A stretch of 54,602 bases of DNA from an uncultured virus (IMG/VR IMGVR_UViG_3300030616_000820) (IMGVR_UViG_3300030616_000820), one strand, 5' to 3'. Numbered from the stretch's first letter, positions 27,966-38,932 are shown. Numbers and translations: made by a program. The notes: generated from the letters alone by a model not told the origin.

Positions 27966-30326
27966 ATGGAAAAAAACATATTTAAAAAATTAGGAATGAT
28001 AACAATAGTTGTTTTATTGTTATTTAGTTCTTTTGTGGTTCCTTTAACTGCAAAAGATAACGCAAGTGTCGAAAAAACGTACAAAACACAGTCAGGAACA
28101 AAAGAAGTTGGTTGGGATACTATGGGGTATACAGCCACAGTAGGAGAAAGCGTTACAGCAAGATTATGGGGTAATGTGTGGAATGAAAATTTTACAGGTT
28201 TTTATGTATATAACTTAACATGGGCTCCGGCTAAATATACGCCAGGTATTCTAAATTTAAGTAGTGTTACAAATGGTGATTCTGTAACTTGGGTAACTTG
28301 GGATGCTTCAAATACAAAAATATATAATGCAACAGGAAATATGACAGGTGCTCAAGCAGGAAGACTTGGTTTTGGTAATGTAACTGGAAATTATTCTTTA
28401 CTTAATCTTACTTTTTATGCAAGAGAAGTCGGTTTTTGTTATCTTAATTTTACTGCCGTAACAAAATTTTCTGTCCCAGGAATAGAACTTTTAGATGATA
28501 TTGGTGTAGGACTATCAGGTACCATAATAAACAACAATACTTTTACTGTATATCCAGCACAACCTGCAACATTAACTGCAACAAAATATAATCATACTGC
28601 AATTAATTTAACATTTACTCCAGGAGATGGTGGTAATAATATAACTCTTTGTGGTAAAGCAGGTAGTTATCCAACAGGACCAACAGATTCAGTTCTTTAT
28701 AATGGAAGTTTAACTAAATATAATGATACAGGATTAACACCATGTACTGGTTATTATTATAGAGCATGGACTTGGAACGAAACTGAAGATATGCATAGTG
28801 AAGATTATAAATCTGCATTTGCAACAACTCAATGTTACACAAACTTCACATTTACAGGAGTTACACCAGCAAATCAGACAGAAAGAGCAAACTGCACTTC
28901 TTATAATGTTCCAGTAAACCTTACAATAAGCAATAGTAAAGGTCATGCATTTAATTGGTGGATAAATACTTCAAATGGAGATGCTTGGAGTGGAAGCAAT
29001 TCAGCAAATGGTTCTAAAGGTGGAACAATGTCTGGACTTAGTCATAATACACTTTATTGGTGGAATGTATCGGTTAATGATGCAACTGGAACTGGAGATA
29101 GCCATTCAGAAAACTATTGGTTTATAACAGGTAGAGGTGGAGGAACATCACCAGGAACGCCAACAAGCCCAAATCCATCAACTGGTTCTTCAAGTATAAA
29201 TATTGATATAGGAACATTTGAAGTTGATGTTACAGATGCAGATGGTGATTTGTTAAATGTTACATTCTATTGGAGCAATGGAACAGTTATTGGAACAGAT
29301 ACATTGGTAGCGTCTGGTGGAACAGCAACAATAAATCCTGCATTAACATTAAACTATGGTCAAACATATAGTTGGTATGTTCAGTCAAACGATAGTTGCC
29401 AACAAACAAGAGGGCCTGCATCAGGTTATTGGACATTTACAACAGATACACAAAGTTTAGCAATTGTTAAAGACTGTCAGCCATCAGCAACAAATCATTC
29501 TATAAGATACATTATAAATGTTACAAATGATGGTCAATCAAATTTAACAAACATAGTTATTAATGAATCATTTGATACAAACATACATTTTTGGAAAGCC
29601 AGCCCAGCAGAGAATGGTAATTATTGGTGGGATGTAGGTTATCTAAATATGAGTAATACTTCTACAATAGTTATATGGGTTAACCAAACAACTTGTGCAA
29701 ATGGAACTTCATTAGTAAATACAGTTAATGTATCAAATTCTACAGGTGGTATACTAGATATTGCATATTGTAATAAAACAGTTGCATTTACATTAGATAA
29801 AGATGTTAACGGTTCTATACCAAAATGGAATACAAGTCATATTAACTATACAATAAACATAACTAACAGTGGAGATACCTATTTAGAGAACATAACAGTT
29901 AATGAATCCTTTAGTGCAAATGTTACTTTCTTCCATTCTAATTATCCAGCAAATGCGACAAACACTTCTTTCAGATGTGGTTCTTTAGCTCCAGGTGCAA
30001 CAATTAGTTTGTATATTATAATGAATACATCATATGGTTTGACAGGAGAGATTCTAATAAATGGAACAAGAATATATAATAACTTTACAGTTAGAACAAA
30101 CCAAACAACACCTGAAGTAACAAAATCGACATATACTTTGGTAGGAGCAAGAACAGAATTAATAAGAATTACATATGACAGACAAGTTCCAGATATGTTA
30201 TCTATAGGTAATTCACTGTTTGCAGTTATTGGTGCAATATTAATTATTGGAACAATATTTATAATAATTTATATAACTAGACAAGGAGGACTATTTGGTG
30301 GTGAAGGAACTGGAGGTGCAGAATAG
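27966..30326 (+). CDS. Membrane/capsid-anchored scaffold: cohesin-like domain, Fn3, DUF11-like domains, MCP-like C-terminal helix
   Basis: VGESVTARLW...FTGFYVYNLTW...ILNLSSVTNGD...NATGNMT...VTGNYSLLNLTFYAREVG fits the cohesin pattern; C-terminal IGNSLFAVIGAILIIGTI. Confidence 0.65.
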   Translation: MEKNIFKKLGMITIVVLLLFSSFVVPLTAKDNASVEKTYKTQSGTKEVGWDTMGYTATVGESVTARLWGNVWNENFTGFYVYNLTWAPAKYTPGILNLSSVTNGDSVTWVTWDASNTKIYNATGNMTGAQAGRLGFGNVTGNYSLLNLTFYAREVGFCYLNFTAVTKFSVPGIELLDDIGVGLSGTIINNNTFTVYPAQPATLTATKYNHTAINLTFTPGDGGNNITLCGKAGSYPTGPTDSVLYNGSLTKYNDTGLTPCTGYYYRAWTWNETEDMHSEDYKSAFATTQCYTNFTFTGVTPANQTERANCTSYNVPVNLTISNSKGHAFNWWINTSNGDAWSGSNSANGSKGGTMSGLSHNTLYWWNVSVNDATGTGDSHSENYWFITGRGGGTSPGTPTSPNPSTGSSSINIDIGTFEVDVTDADGDLLNVTFYWSNGTVIGTDTLVASGGTATINPALTLNYGQTYSWYVQSNDSCQQTRGPASGYWTFTTDTQSLAIVKDCQPSATNHSIRYIINVTNDGQSNLTNIVINESFDTNIHFWKASPAENGNYWWDVGYLNMSNTSTIVIWVNQTTCANGTSLVNTVNVSNSTGGILDIAYCNKTVAFTLDKDVNGSIPKWNTSHINYTINITNSGDTYLENITVNESFSANVTFFHSNYPANATNTSFRCGSLAPGATISLYIIMNTSYGLTGEILINGTRIYNNFTVRTNQTTPEVTKSTYTLVGARTELIRITYDRQVPDMLSIGNSLFAVIGAILIIGTIFIIIYITRQGGLFGGEGTGGAE

Positions 30327-30327
30327 T

Positions 30328-31032
30328 ATGCTACATCTATACTATAAAGAAGGCAAACTAACAAAATGGAGAAAGGTTCCTATTGATTTTAGGAATCATG
30401 ATGAAGCAAAGAAATACTATGAAAAAAATCTAAAGGGACCTATGACCAAATATAAAATATTGTTTGAAGAAGAGGAAAAACAAATCGCAGAGAAAAAAGA
30501 AAAACGCAAAGAAAAACTTAAAACAATCGAAGAAAAAATTGACAGAGGAACAAAAAAGATAGGTAAAAAAATTAAGGAAGGTGCAGTAAAAACACATGAA
30601 AGATTAAAAGTTGCAGCACCTAGAGAAATGGAGAATATCAAAAGAGAAACTCCAGATTTTAGACCTGCACCTACATATAAAACAGCATATCAGAGACGAC
30701 TTGATGAATTAAGAAAAAGAGATATGACAGTTGATAAAAAACAACTTGAAAAATTAGCAGAAAAAAGATATAAAGAAGAACAAAAAAAGAAGCAGAAGCC
30801 ACCAAAAAGACAACCAGTTAAACAAGAACATAAAGAATGGAGACCACCACCAAGTCCTTTTGGTGAATTACATTTTAATCCACAAGGTGCAAATCCATTT
30901 TTACCACCAAAGTCTGAAAACAAAGAAACAAGTAAGAAAGGAATAAGAAGTCCATTCCAAGAGGTACATTTTAACCCTAATGTCAACCCTTTTGGTTTGG
31001 ATTTAAATAAAGAAAAAAAGAAAAGGAGGTGA
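30328..31032 (+). CDS. Lys-rich coiled-coil protein with duplicated SPF.E.HFNP..NPF motif
   Basis: SPFGELHFNPQGANPF and SPFQEVHFNPNVNPF. Confidence 0.65.
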   Translation: MLHLYYKEGKLTKWRKVPIDFRNHDEAKKYYEKNLKGPMTKYKILFEEEEKQIAEKKEKRKEKLKTIEEKIDRGTKKIGKKIKEGAVKTHERLKVAAPREMENIKRETPDFRPAPTYKTAYQRRLDELRKRDMTVDKKQLEKLAEKRYKEEQKKKQKPPKRQPVKQEHKEWRPPPSPFGELHFNPQGANPFLPPKSENKETSKKGIRSPFQEVHFNPNVNPFGLDLNKEKKKRR

Positions 31033-31039
31033 AGATGTA

Positions 31040-31171
31040 ATGGCAGAACATGGACCATTTAAAAATAAAGGTAATGCTAAAGACTTTGCTACCAAAATGA
31101 GAAAAAAAGGATTTAATGCAAGTCTTTACAAAGCCAAAGGAAAATGGAAAGTATCAGTAACAAGAAAATAA
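31040..31171 (+). CDS. 43-aa basic protein, SPOR-like pattern
   Basis: MAEHGPFKNKGNAKDFATKMRKKGFNASLYK; GGAGGTGA RBS. Confidence 0.6.
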   Translation: MAEHGPFKNKGNAKDFATKMRKKGFNASLYKAKGKWKVSVTRK

Positions 31172-32504
31172 AACAAGAAAGGAGGTGAAGAGATAATATG
31201 GCTAAAAAGAAATATTATTATAGGAAAGTAGGCAGAAAGAAAGTAAGATGTAAAATGCCTAAAAAACGAAGGAAATAGTGATGAAAAAAAGAAAAAATAG
31301 AAAAATAGGTTGGGACGCAACCTTACAAACATATAGAGAGTTAATGAAAGGTGAAGATTTGGTTGGAACTATTATAGTTCCTTCCAAACCTAATTTTTCT
31401 AGACTATATGGTGAGAAAAAATGAATAAAAATAAAGAAGGAACTGGTTGGAAACATACACATACACCAGAGTATAGAAGAAAGTTAGTTTTAGAATCTAC
31501 AGATAAACGACAATCTAAATACAAAAGATACTTGCAATCAGGCAGAAAGATGATGGCTGTTGCAAATGTTCATACTGGAGAATTATCTAAAGTTGCAAAA
31601 CAAGATGCAGACTATTTTTTTGGATTGGTTAGAAAGTTAAAAAATAAGAGGAGTTCAAAATGAAAAAAATTTATGCAATTAAAGAAAAAAGATATGGTAA
31701 AAAAGGAGTTAATTTTTGGTTTAACCCAGCATTACATGGTTTTCATGTTCATTCTGGATGGATGGACCTAGATGATTTTAATAAGGTTTATGACAAAAGA
31801 CCAGAGTATGATATTGAATGGAAAGAAGAACCAGATAGTGCATATTTCTATTTGCCTTATGATATTATTAAAAAGAAATATAAATATGAGAGGTGGTAAA
31901 ATGGGAGAAAAAAGAAATTATAGAGTTGTTAAACCACAGCCAGTAAAATATAAAAGTATTGGGAGAAAAAAATAATGACAACCAAACTACCAGAATATAA
32001 TAAAGTTCCAAGACATAAAAAGTTTGATGGCAAATGGTATATTATTTGTGATATTAACTTCACTAAAAAATATGCAGATAAATCATTTAAAATTGCAAAG
32101 AAACTGTATGGTAGTGCAAGAACAATGAAGTATAGACATGTGCCATCTGGTTCTATTGAATATGCAATTTATGGTAGAAATCCAAATGGTAAATATGGAA
32201 AACCAAAAAGTAGGAGGAGATAAAATGCAAAAATTAAGAATAAGTAATCTACATGGGAATAAGACATTTGCTCTTGGTCCATTTGATGCATACATTGGAG
32301 AAATATATGGCAATGGAAGAAAAAATGGATATTATATTCAGTTGGCAAGAAGCACTCAAAACTTAAACAAAGAGGCAAAAAAGACTACATTTAAAAAGAA
32401 ATCAGATGCAGAGAAATTTATTAGGCAATGGATAAAGGCAAAGTATGCTGAATATGAAGCAAAAGAAAAACTCAAAAACCTTAGATATGGAAAGAGGAGA
32501 TAGA

Positions 32505-32681
32505 ATGCCAATATGTGATAGTTGTGGAAAAACAAAAAGTAAGACACGAAGAATAGAACTTGGTGGTGGAAGTGGAATAACACTTTGTGACCCCTGTTTA
32601 AGAAAAGAAATAAAATGGAGAAAGGAACGAAATAAAAAACTTTCACCAAGTAATAGATTTAGAACAAAATATAAGTTTTAG
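32505..32681 (+). CDS. Small Zn-finger protein
   Basis: CDSC...CDPC; GAGGAG RBS. Confidence 0.6.
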   Translation: MPICDSCGKTKSKTRRIELGGGSGITLCDPCLRKEIKWRKERNKKLSPSNRFRTKYKF

Positions 32682-33496
32682 AGAGTGCATAAAATGAAAA
32701 AGGATTTATTAGATATAAAAGAAAACCCTTGGTATAATTGGACATACCCAGAAAGAACACCTGAAGTATACTGTGTTTCTTGTGGTAAAAGAATAAAATC
32801 AAAAGAGGACAAAATAACTCATTCATGGGCAAGATTATGTAAGAAATGTCATAATAAATATCCTATTGGAAATTGGAGTAGATAAAATGGCAAAAATTGT
32901 TTATAGAAAACTCAAGAAAGGAAAGAAATATGTTTATGATTCATCTTTTAAGACTAAAAAAGGAGCATTAAGAGAAGCAAAAAAACAAGCAACGAAATAT
33001 AAATCATATGATGCAGGAACTCCTTTTAGATGGGGTAAAGGATGGAATGTATATCTTGTTAAAAAGAAGTAAATTAAATAGGAGATGAAAAAATGAAATA
33101 TTTAGTAGCATCAGTAGCAAAATATCATAGACCTGGTTATATATTTTCACATCACACTTCAAAAAAACAAGCAAAGATAAAAGCAAAAAGAATGGCTAAA
33201 AAACATAAAAATAAGTTTTCGGTGGGAATATTTGGGTATACAAAAGACAAATACTATGGTCTTTTGAATTCATATGATTAAGGAAGGGGATAAAATGAAA
33301 ACAATAACAGTTTATATATTAAAAAAGAAGCGAGATGTTAATGGCAATCCAACCTATCATGTTTTTATACCAGATATTACAGGCAAAGTAACAGGTCTTA
33401 GAAAGCTAAAGACTCCACATATGTATAGCTTTTCGACTTATAATGTAAATTATTATTTGAAAGATTATGTATTTAAAAATAAAAAAGTAAAAATTG

Positions 33497-33524
33497 AGAG
33501 ATGATTAAATGAAAGAATTTTATA
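33497..33524 (+). repeat. 28-bp direct repeat, copy 1 (stop/RBS/start junction)
   Basis: AGAGATGATTAAATGAAAGAATTTTATA, identical at 34482..34509. Confidence 0.85.
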
Positions 33525-34481
33525 AATCTTCAAGAATGATAAAATATAAAACCAAAAAAGGAAACACTGTTGAAATTTATAAAGAAAGAATTGGAAAGAA
33601 AAACTTTTGGTTTATAGCAATCATAACAGATAAAAAAATATACAATGTTCATAAAGATTTTACAAGCAAAAATGAAGCAATATTAAAAGCCAAAAAATTA
33701 GTTAAAAAACATAAATATTGATAGGTGATAAAATGACTAAAAAAATGAAACATTTAGAATTAGATGGATGTATAATTAATATTAGGCAAGGGCTTTATGA
33801 CACAAGAGGAAGAAGAGTAACATCTATTGAAATTATACCTGATGATAGATATGCAGGTGAAAGGATATGGAAAGTATATCCTCCTGTTCATAATATAAGA
33901 GTTATTCAATTAAAAAAGAGGAAATAATATGCCAGATAAATATTTTAAAAAAATATCAAAAGAAAAAATGAGAAAGGGAGATAGGGTGTTTTACAAAGAT
34001 AAATTTGGTTATTATCATGGTAAACAAAAAGTATTTGCAACACTTCCAAAATCAAATGTTGTACCTTATGGAAGTACAAAAGGTCAGATAATGATTGCTA
34101 TATGGAACCCACATAATCATGGTGAATCACCAAATGTTTTTCTTCCTAAAAACAAAATCAAAAAGGTTGTAAGAGGATATAAAAGAAAACCAAAAGGAAA
34201 ATATTATACATGAGGTAATTAAAATGTATTTATTTAAAGCTAAAACCACAAGAGTAGTAAAAATAGATGCTAATAATATAGAACAGGCTAAAAGATTTTA
34301 TCTTAGAGATTATGTAATAATAAATAAAAAGAGGTAGATAAAATGAAAATGAGAAACAATTATTTAGTAATAGTAGGAAATAAAGTTCAAGGACAGTTTT
34401 ATTCTCTTGACAGAGCAAAAAAAAGAGCAAATGAAATAGAAGAAAAATATCGAGATAACTGTGATGTTGTAAAAGTTATGA

Positions 34482-34509
34482 AGAGATGATTAAATGAAAG
34501 AATTTTATA
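34482..34509 (+). repeat. 28-bp direct repeat, copy 2
   Basis: Identical to 33497..33524; followed by the truncated peptide MKEFYMYG*. Confidence 0.85.
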
Positions 34510-34889
34510 TGTATGGATAATTGGAGGAAAGAAATAATGTATGTTTATCAGATTGTATGGAATAGCGGGGGTAAAACCGCATCTGTTTATTCAAGTAAAA
34601 AACTTGCAGATGATAGTCTTAAACATGCGAGATATAAAGGCAAAGTAGTAAAAATCAAATTACCAAAACCAGGTTTTAGCCCAATATTAAAAGAACGTCT
34701 TGTATGGGTTAAAGACAAAACAAAATATGGTTATGTTTTCCGAACAAGAGCTATATCTGCATTGCAGAAAAATGAAAGAAATAGAGTTGTTAAGGTGAAA
34801 TGAAATGAATATTTTTACAGGTAAAAATGATGAAATAGTTGACCCAGAAAAGTTAGATTATTTCATAGTTAATATTTGGAAGTGATAAA

Positions 34890-35126
34890 ATAAAAAAGAA
34901 ATATTGGATAAAAGAAGCAGTTGGTAAAGAAGGAACATTAAGTCGCCAATTGCAAATACCAATTAAAGACAATATTCCTTTTACTTTACTTGAAAAAATA
35001 AGAACAACACCAATTGGCAAAACAATTACAAACCCAACAAAGAAAGGGAAAAGAAGAATTAAAGTTACGGCATTCTTAAAAAAGAGAGCAGTTTTGGCTT
35101 TGAATTTAAAAAGAATAAGGAGATAG
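34890..35126 (+). CDS. 78-aa basic protein missed by the ORF track (ATA start); resembles small phage proteins of the 'KKWI..A....G.L...L....IP...RA.LA..L' type
   Basis: GGAAGTGATAAA then ATA; KKKYWIKEAVGKEGTLSRQLQIP...NIP...KKRAVLALNLKRI; fills the gap between neighbouring genes. Confidence 0.6.
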   Translation: MKKKYWIKEAVGKEGTLSRQLQIPIKDNIPFTLLEKIRTTPIGKTITNPTKKGKRRIKVTAFLKKRAVLALNLKRIRR

Positions 35127-35399
35127 AATAATGTGGAAAATATATCACAGAACATATGAATATGCTGGTAGAAATGAAAGACGTTTTGTATGGGATAATA
35201 AAGATAGAAAACTAATAGTTACAATATCAAGGCTTGCATCAACACCAGGTAAACCAAGATGGGTTACAGAACTTAAAAAATATATACCAATACAAGGCGG
35301 GCATCGTAATGTTGGTAAAACATTAAGAAGGTCATATCATAGAACATTACCACCAGCACAAAAGAAAGCATCAGAACTTAGGAAAAAGTATAAGTAAAG

Positions 35400-35429
35400 A
35401 AATATTAAAAATAACAGTAAGTTTAAATA
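35400..35429 (+). promoter_or_regulatory. Class-A promoter AAATATTAAAA-N11-TTTAAATA
   Basis: One of four copies with identical spacing. Confidence 0.7.
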
Positions 35430-36601
35430 TCATCAAACATTTAAAAAAGGTGGAAGTAGTTAAAAATGAAATATAAAGATTGGGAATTAAAAGCTAAAAA
35501 ACTTAAATCAGGTTGGAAAGTAGTTGCAGTTAAAAAAACCAAATATGGTACACAAACTATGGCACAAAAAGCACCATATTCAGTTACAAGAAAAGAAGCA
35601 ATAAAAGGAACAAAAGACATGATTAGATATTATGAAAAGGTGATTTGATGACAAAAAAAGATAAACGAAATTTATATGGTGGTCAGTATAGGTTATCAAA
35701 AGAATTAGCAGATGTAATTAACAAACATTGCAAATTTTTTAAGCCATACGCACATGATATGAGTGCCTTTGTAGATATTAATCATTTCGATGTTTCAAAC
35801 ATCCTTGTAAATGAAAATATTTATAAAAAAGAGTTAACCAAAATTGCAATAAATGCAAATAAAGGAAATACTAAAGATTGGAACACAAAAAGAGAAAAAT
35901 TATTATTAGATGGGATTGTAAAACTTGGAAAAAAATATAATGTAAAACTCAAAAAACCAATAAGAATTAATGCAGTAGGTAATATAAGAATAGAAGTTAG
36001 TCAAAAAAGGATGTAAAAATTAAATGTATATTAACCCAAAAAAGAAAGCCAAACTAATTAAAAAACGACAAAAAGAAGAAACATTTATTCGTAATTATCC
36101 TAGTCTTTACAGAAGATATATTGGTAGAGGATTTACCCACCAAAAAGCAGTTTACTATATGAAAAAAGAACTATCAAAAAAAGCAAAAACAGGAACAAAA
36201 ACTTTAGAGAAATTAAAAACAAGATATGATATTAACTTAAACAAACCTGGAGTAGTTGCAATATCATTACAGGATATTAAACGAACAAAGGCTGTTGAAG
36301 ATTGGGTTAACGATATGGTTAAAGATGGTAAAGTAATTGATAAAGGATATCAATTGGAGTTTAGATAGAGGTATTAAAATGAAAGGGTATATGATTTTAG
36401 AAAAAGGTAAGAAAGCCAAGACATGGCGAAGTATGTATCCAAAGCAGGAGATAAGTAGAACACAAGCAATAAGGGTTGTAAAATCATTAAAAAATGCTTT
36501 TGGAGACAGGTTTGATTATAAGATGGTAAAGAGGAAAAAATAAATGATATTTGAAATATTAATAGATGATTTAGAAAAAAACTTTAGGGAGATGAAATAA
36601 A

Positions 36602-36976
36602 ATGTCAACAAGATGCGTAATTGGTAAAAAAACAAAAGATGGTTATGAAGCAATTTATTCACATTGGGACGGATATCCAGAAAAACCAGGTGTTGGTTGG
36701 ATGTTGAGAAAGTATTACAAAAACCCTGCAAAGATAAATAAATTAATTTCTTTGGGAAGCATAAGTTCATTAGGTAAAGAAATAGGACGGAAACATTCTT
36801 TTAACAAACCACATGAAGGTTGGACTGTTGCTTATCATAGGGATAGGGGGGAACCTTGGAAAGATACAAAACCCCAAAAATTTAAGACATTACAAGCACT
36901 AAAAGACTTTAAGGATGCAGGTTGGACAGAATACCTTTATGTTTATGAAAAAGGTAAATGGCATACTTATAGGTGA
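36602..36976 (+). CDS. Conserved viral hypothetical protein (MSTR...Y.HWDGYP family)
   Basis: MSTRCVIG...IYSHWDGYP..VG..L...AYHRDRGE...EYLYVY pattern, recalled from phage genomes. Confidence 0.65.
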   Translation: MSTRCVIGKKTKDGYEAIYSHWDGYPEKPGVGWMLRKYYKNPAKINKLISLGSISSLGKEIGRKHSFNKPHEGWTVAYHRDRGEPWKDTKPQKFKTLQALKDFKDAGWTEYLYVYEKGKWHTYR

Positions 36977-37138
36977 ATGAATGCCAGAAAAAAGAATTGG
37001 ATATAAAACAGCATTAATCGGTGAATATAAAACAAAGGCAGGGGCGGAAAAAGCTGCAAAAAGATACAATAAAATTTATGGTGGAAAAAGAATGTTTGTT
37101 AGAAAATATAAAAATAAATATCAATTGAGGGTAAAACT

Positions 37139-37363
37139 ATGACACAATTCAATCCAAGTGCAATTGCAGGAATTGCTTATACAGGAATTGGTCTAGGTTT
37201 AGTTGCAGGTATATCATTAAAGACATTGGATATTATGCAAGATGCATTTAGAGAAGATAGACAACAAAAACAAAGAAAGAAACACTATAAGGCACCTGAA
37301 TGGAAGCCACCAAAAAATATGTTTATAGGACCAAAATTAAGAATACCAAAATGGGAGTATTAA
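37139..37363 (+). CDS. Small protein with N-terminal Gly-rich hydrophobic segment
   Basis: AIAGIAYTGIGLGLVAG; basic C-terminus. Confidence 0.55.
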   Translation: MTQFNPSAIAGIAYTGIGLGLVAGISLKTLDIMQDAFREDRQQKQRKKHYKAPEWKPPKNMFIGPKLRIPKWEY

Positions 37364-38190
37364 AGGAGATAAAAATGAAATATTATGATGGAGTTTGTAA
37401 AAGCAGTTCTGGCAAAAAAGTTAGAGTTGTGTATCTTCCAAAAAGACATAGTGTAAAATCTGATTGGGCATGGACTGTATTAGGTAAAAAAAAGAAATGG
37501 TTCTCTAAAAAATCAGATGCAATTAAATATGCAAAAAAATAAAAATAATATGAGGAGGTAAAAAAATATGTCTAAAGTTCCAAAATATGTACAACAATAC
37601 TTTCCTGGTAAAGTAACTAAAGAGAGAGTTAAGAAACGATTCAAAGCATTAGACAACTCACGATTTGGTTATAAAACTAAAGAATATAAAGATTTAAAAA
37701 GATATTTAAAAACTTATTGAAAGAAGGTAAAAAAATATGACAAAAAAGAAAAAGGTCTTTAAAATATTTTTAGCTAACCAAAAAATGTGGGATGGAACAT
37801 TTCATTTGGGTTGGGGAACAAAAACTGTTAATACACATAACAAAAGATTTAGAAGTTATAAAGCTGCAATTAAATTCAAAAATGCGTTAGCTAAAAAGTG
37901 GAAAAAGAAAGGGTATAAAATAGACTATCTTTACGCAGTAGATTAAAAGTTGTTTAGAACACCAAAACTTCTATCAAAAAGGGTAGGGTTTTGTGTATAT
38001 AAACCGATTTAAAGGAAGTTGGTTATATGGAGAGAAAAATTGTATTACGAAGACCATTGAATATTCAGACTTTAATATACAAATTAAAAGATGAAATGAC
38101 AAATATTTTGGATGACATAGATGAAGTTGAAATAACAATCAGAATTAAAAAGAAAGAGCAAAATATGTTTTTAGACCCAAAAGAACAGCC

Positions 38191-38808
38191 TTGGTGGATG
38201 AAGTGACGAAAAAAAAACAATGGAAAAAATATACAAACGAAAAAGAACCACCAGCTTGCAGTATCCCAAAAGTTCAGCAATACAAAGCAAATAGGGAACA
38301 GTTTTTAGACCAACATGTACCACCATATGTAAAGGAAAGGGGAGACATTATCTATGGTGCTAGGGCTTTAAACAAACAGTTGCCAAAAGATTTACAAAGA
38401 CCAACAGATGATTATGATATTTGGAGTAAACAAGCAAAAGAACATTGTGATAAGTTAGAAGACCATTTAGATGAATGTGTTGGTTGCGATTTATTTTCTG
38501 AAGAACAATTAGATGTTGGCAAAGGTAAAAAGGTTTATAGAATTAGAACAAATCCAACAGGCAAACAAGAAGTTGATTATTCACATCCACCTAAAGATTA
38601 TAGATATAAAACAATAGGTGGAATTAAATATCAAGACATAGAACATCAAGAAAAAAGATTAAGAGAAATGGCTAAAGACCCAAGGTTGGCATTTAGAGCA
38701 GAAAAAACAGCAAGAGATTTAGCAATAATAGAAAAGGCAAAAAGAAAGAAAAAGAAAAAAGAAAAATTAGAAGAAAAAGGATTTGAAGTTATGAATCCGT
38801 TTTGGTGA
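38191..38808 (+). CDS. Pol-beta-superfamily nucleotidyltransferase-like protein
   Basis: IIYGARALN...RPTDDYDIWS...EVDYS (hG[GA]xA, DxD, distal D); exact start uncertain. Confidence 0.7.
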   Translation: MVDEVTKKKQWKKYTNEKEPPACSIPKVQQYKANREQFLDQHVPPYVKERGDIIYGARALNKQLPKDLQRPTDDYDIWSKQAKEHCDKLEDHLDECVGCDLFSEEQLDVGKGKKVYRIRTNPTGKQEVDYSHPPKDYRYKTIGGIKYQDIEHQEKRLREMAKDPRLAFRAEKTARDLAIIEKAKRKKKKKEKLEEKGFEVMNPFW

Positions 38809-38812
38809 TAAA

Positions 38813-38932
38813 ATGGCTAGATGTCCAATATGTAGAAAAAATAACAAAGTGTTAGTTACTTATAGAAATGATAAAGGAAGAATGATTAAAGTTTGTAGAG
38901 CTTGTTTTTACAAGCTAAAGGGGTATTCATAA
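38813..38932 (+). CDS. 39-aa Zn-finger peptide
   Basis: MARCPIC...VCRAC; GGTGA RBS. Confidence 0.55.
   Translation: MARCPICRKNNKVLVTYRNDKGRMIKVCRACFYKLKGYS

Noticed and set aside
31040..38190. Stop-codon reassignment fragmenting longer genes
   Set aside because: The short ORFs change frame, use all three stop codons and have individual RBSs, while long genes elsewhere are intact in the standard code
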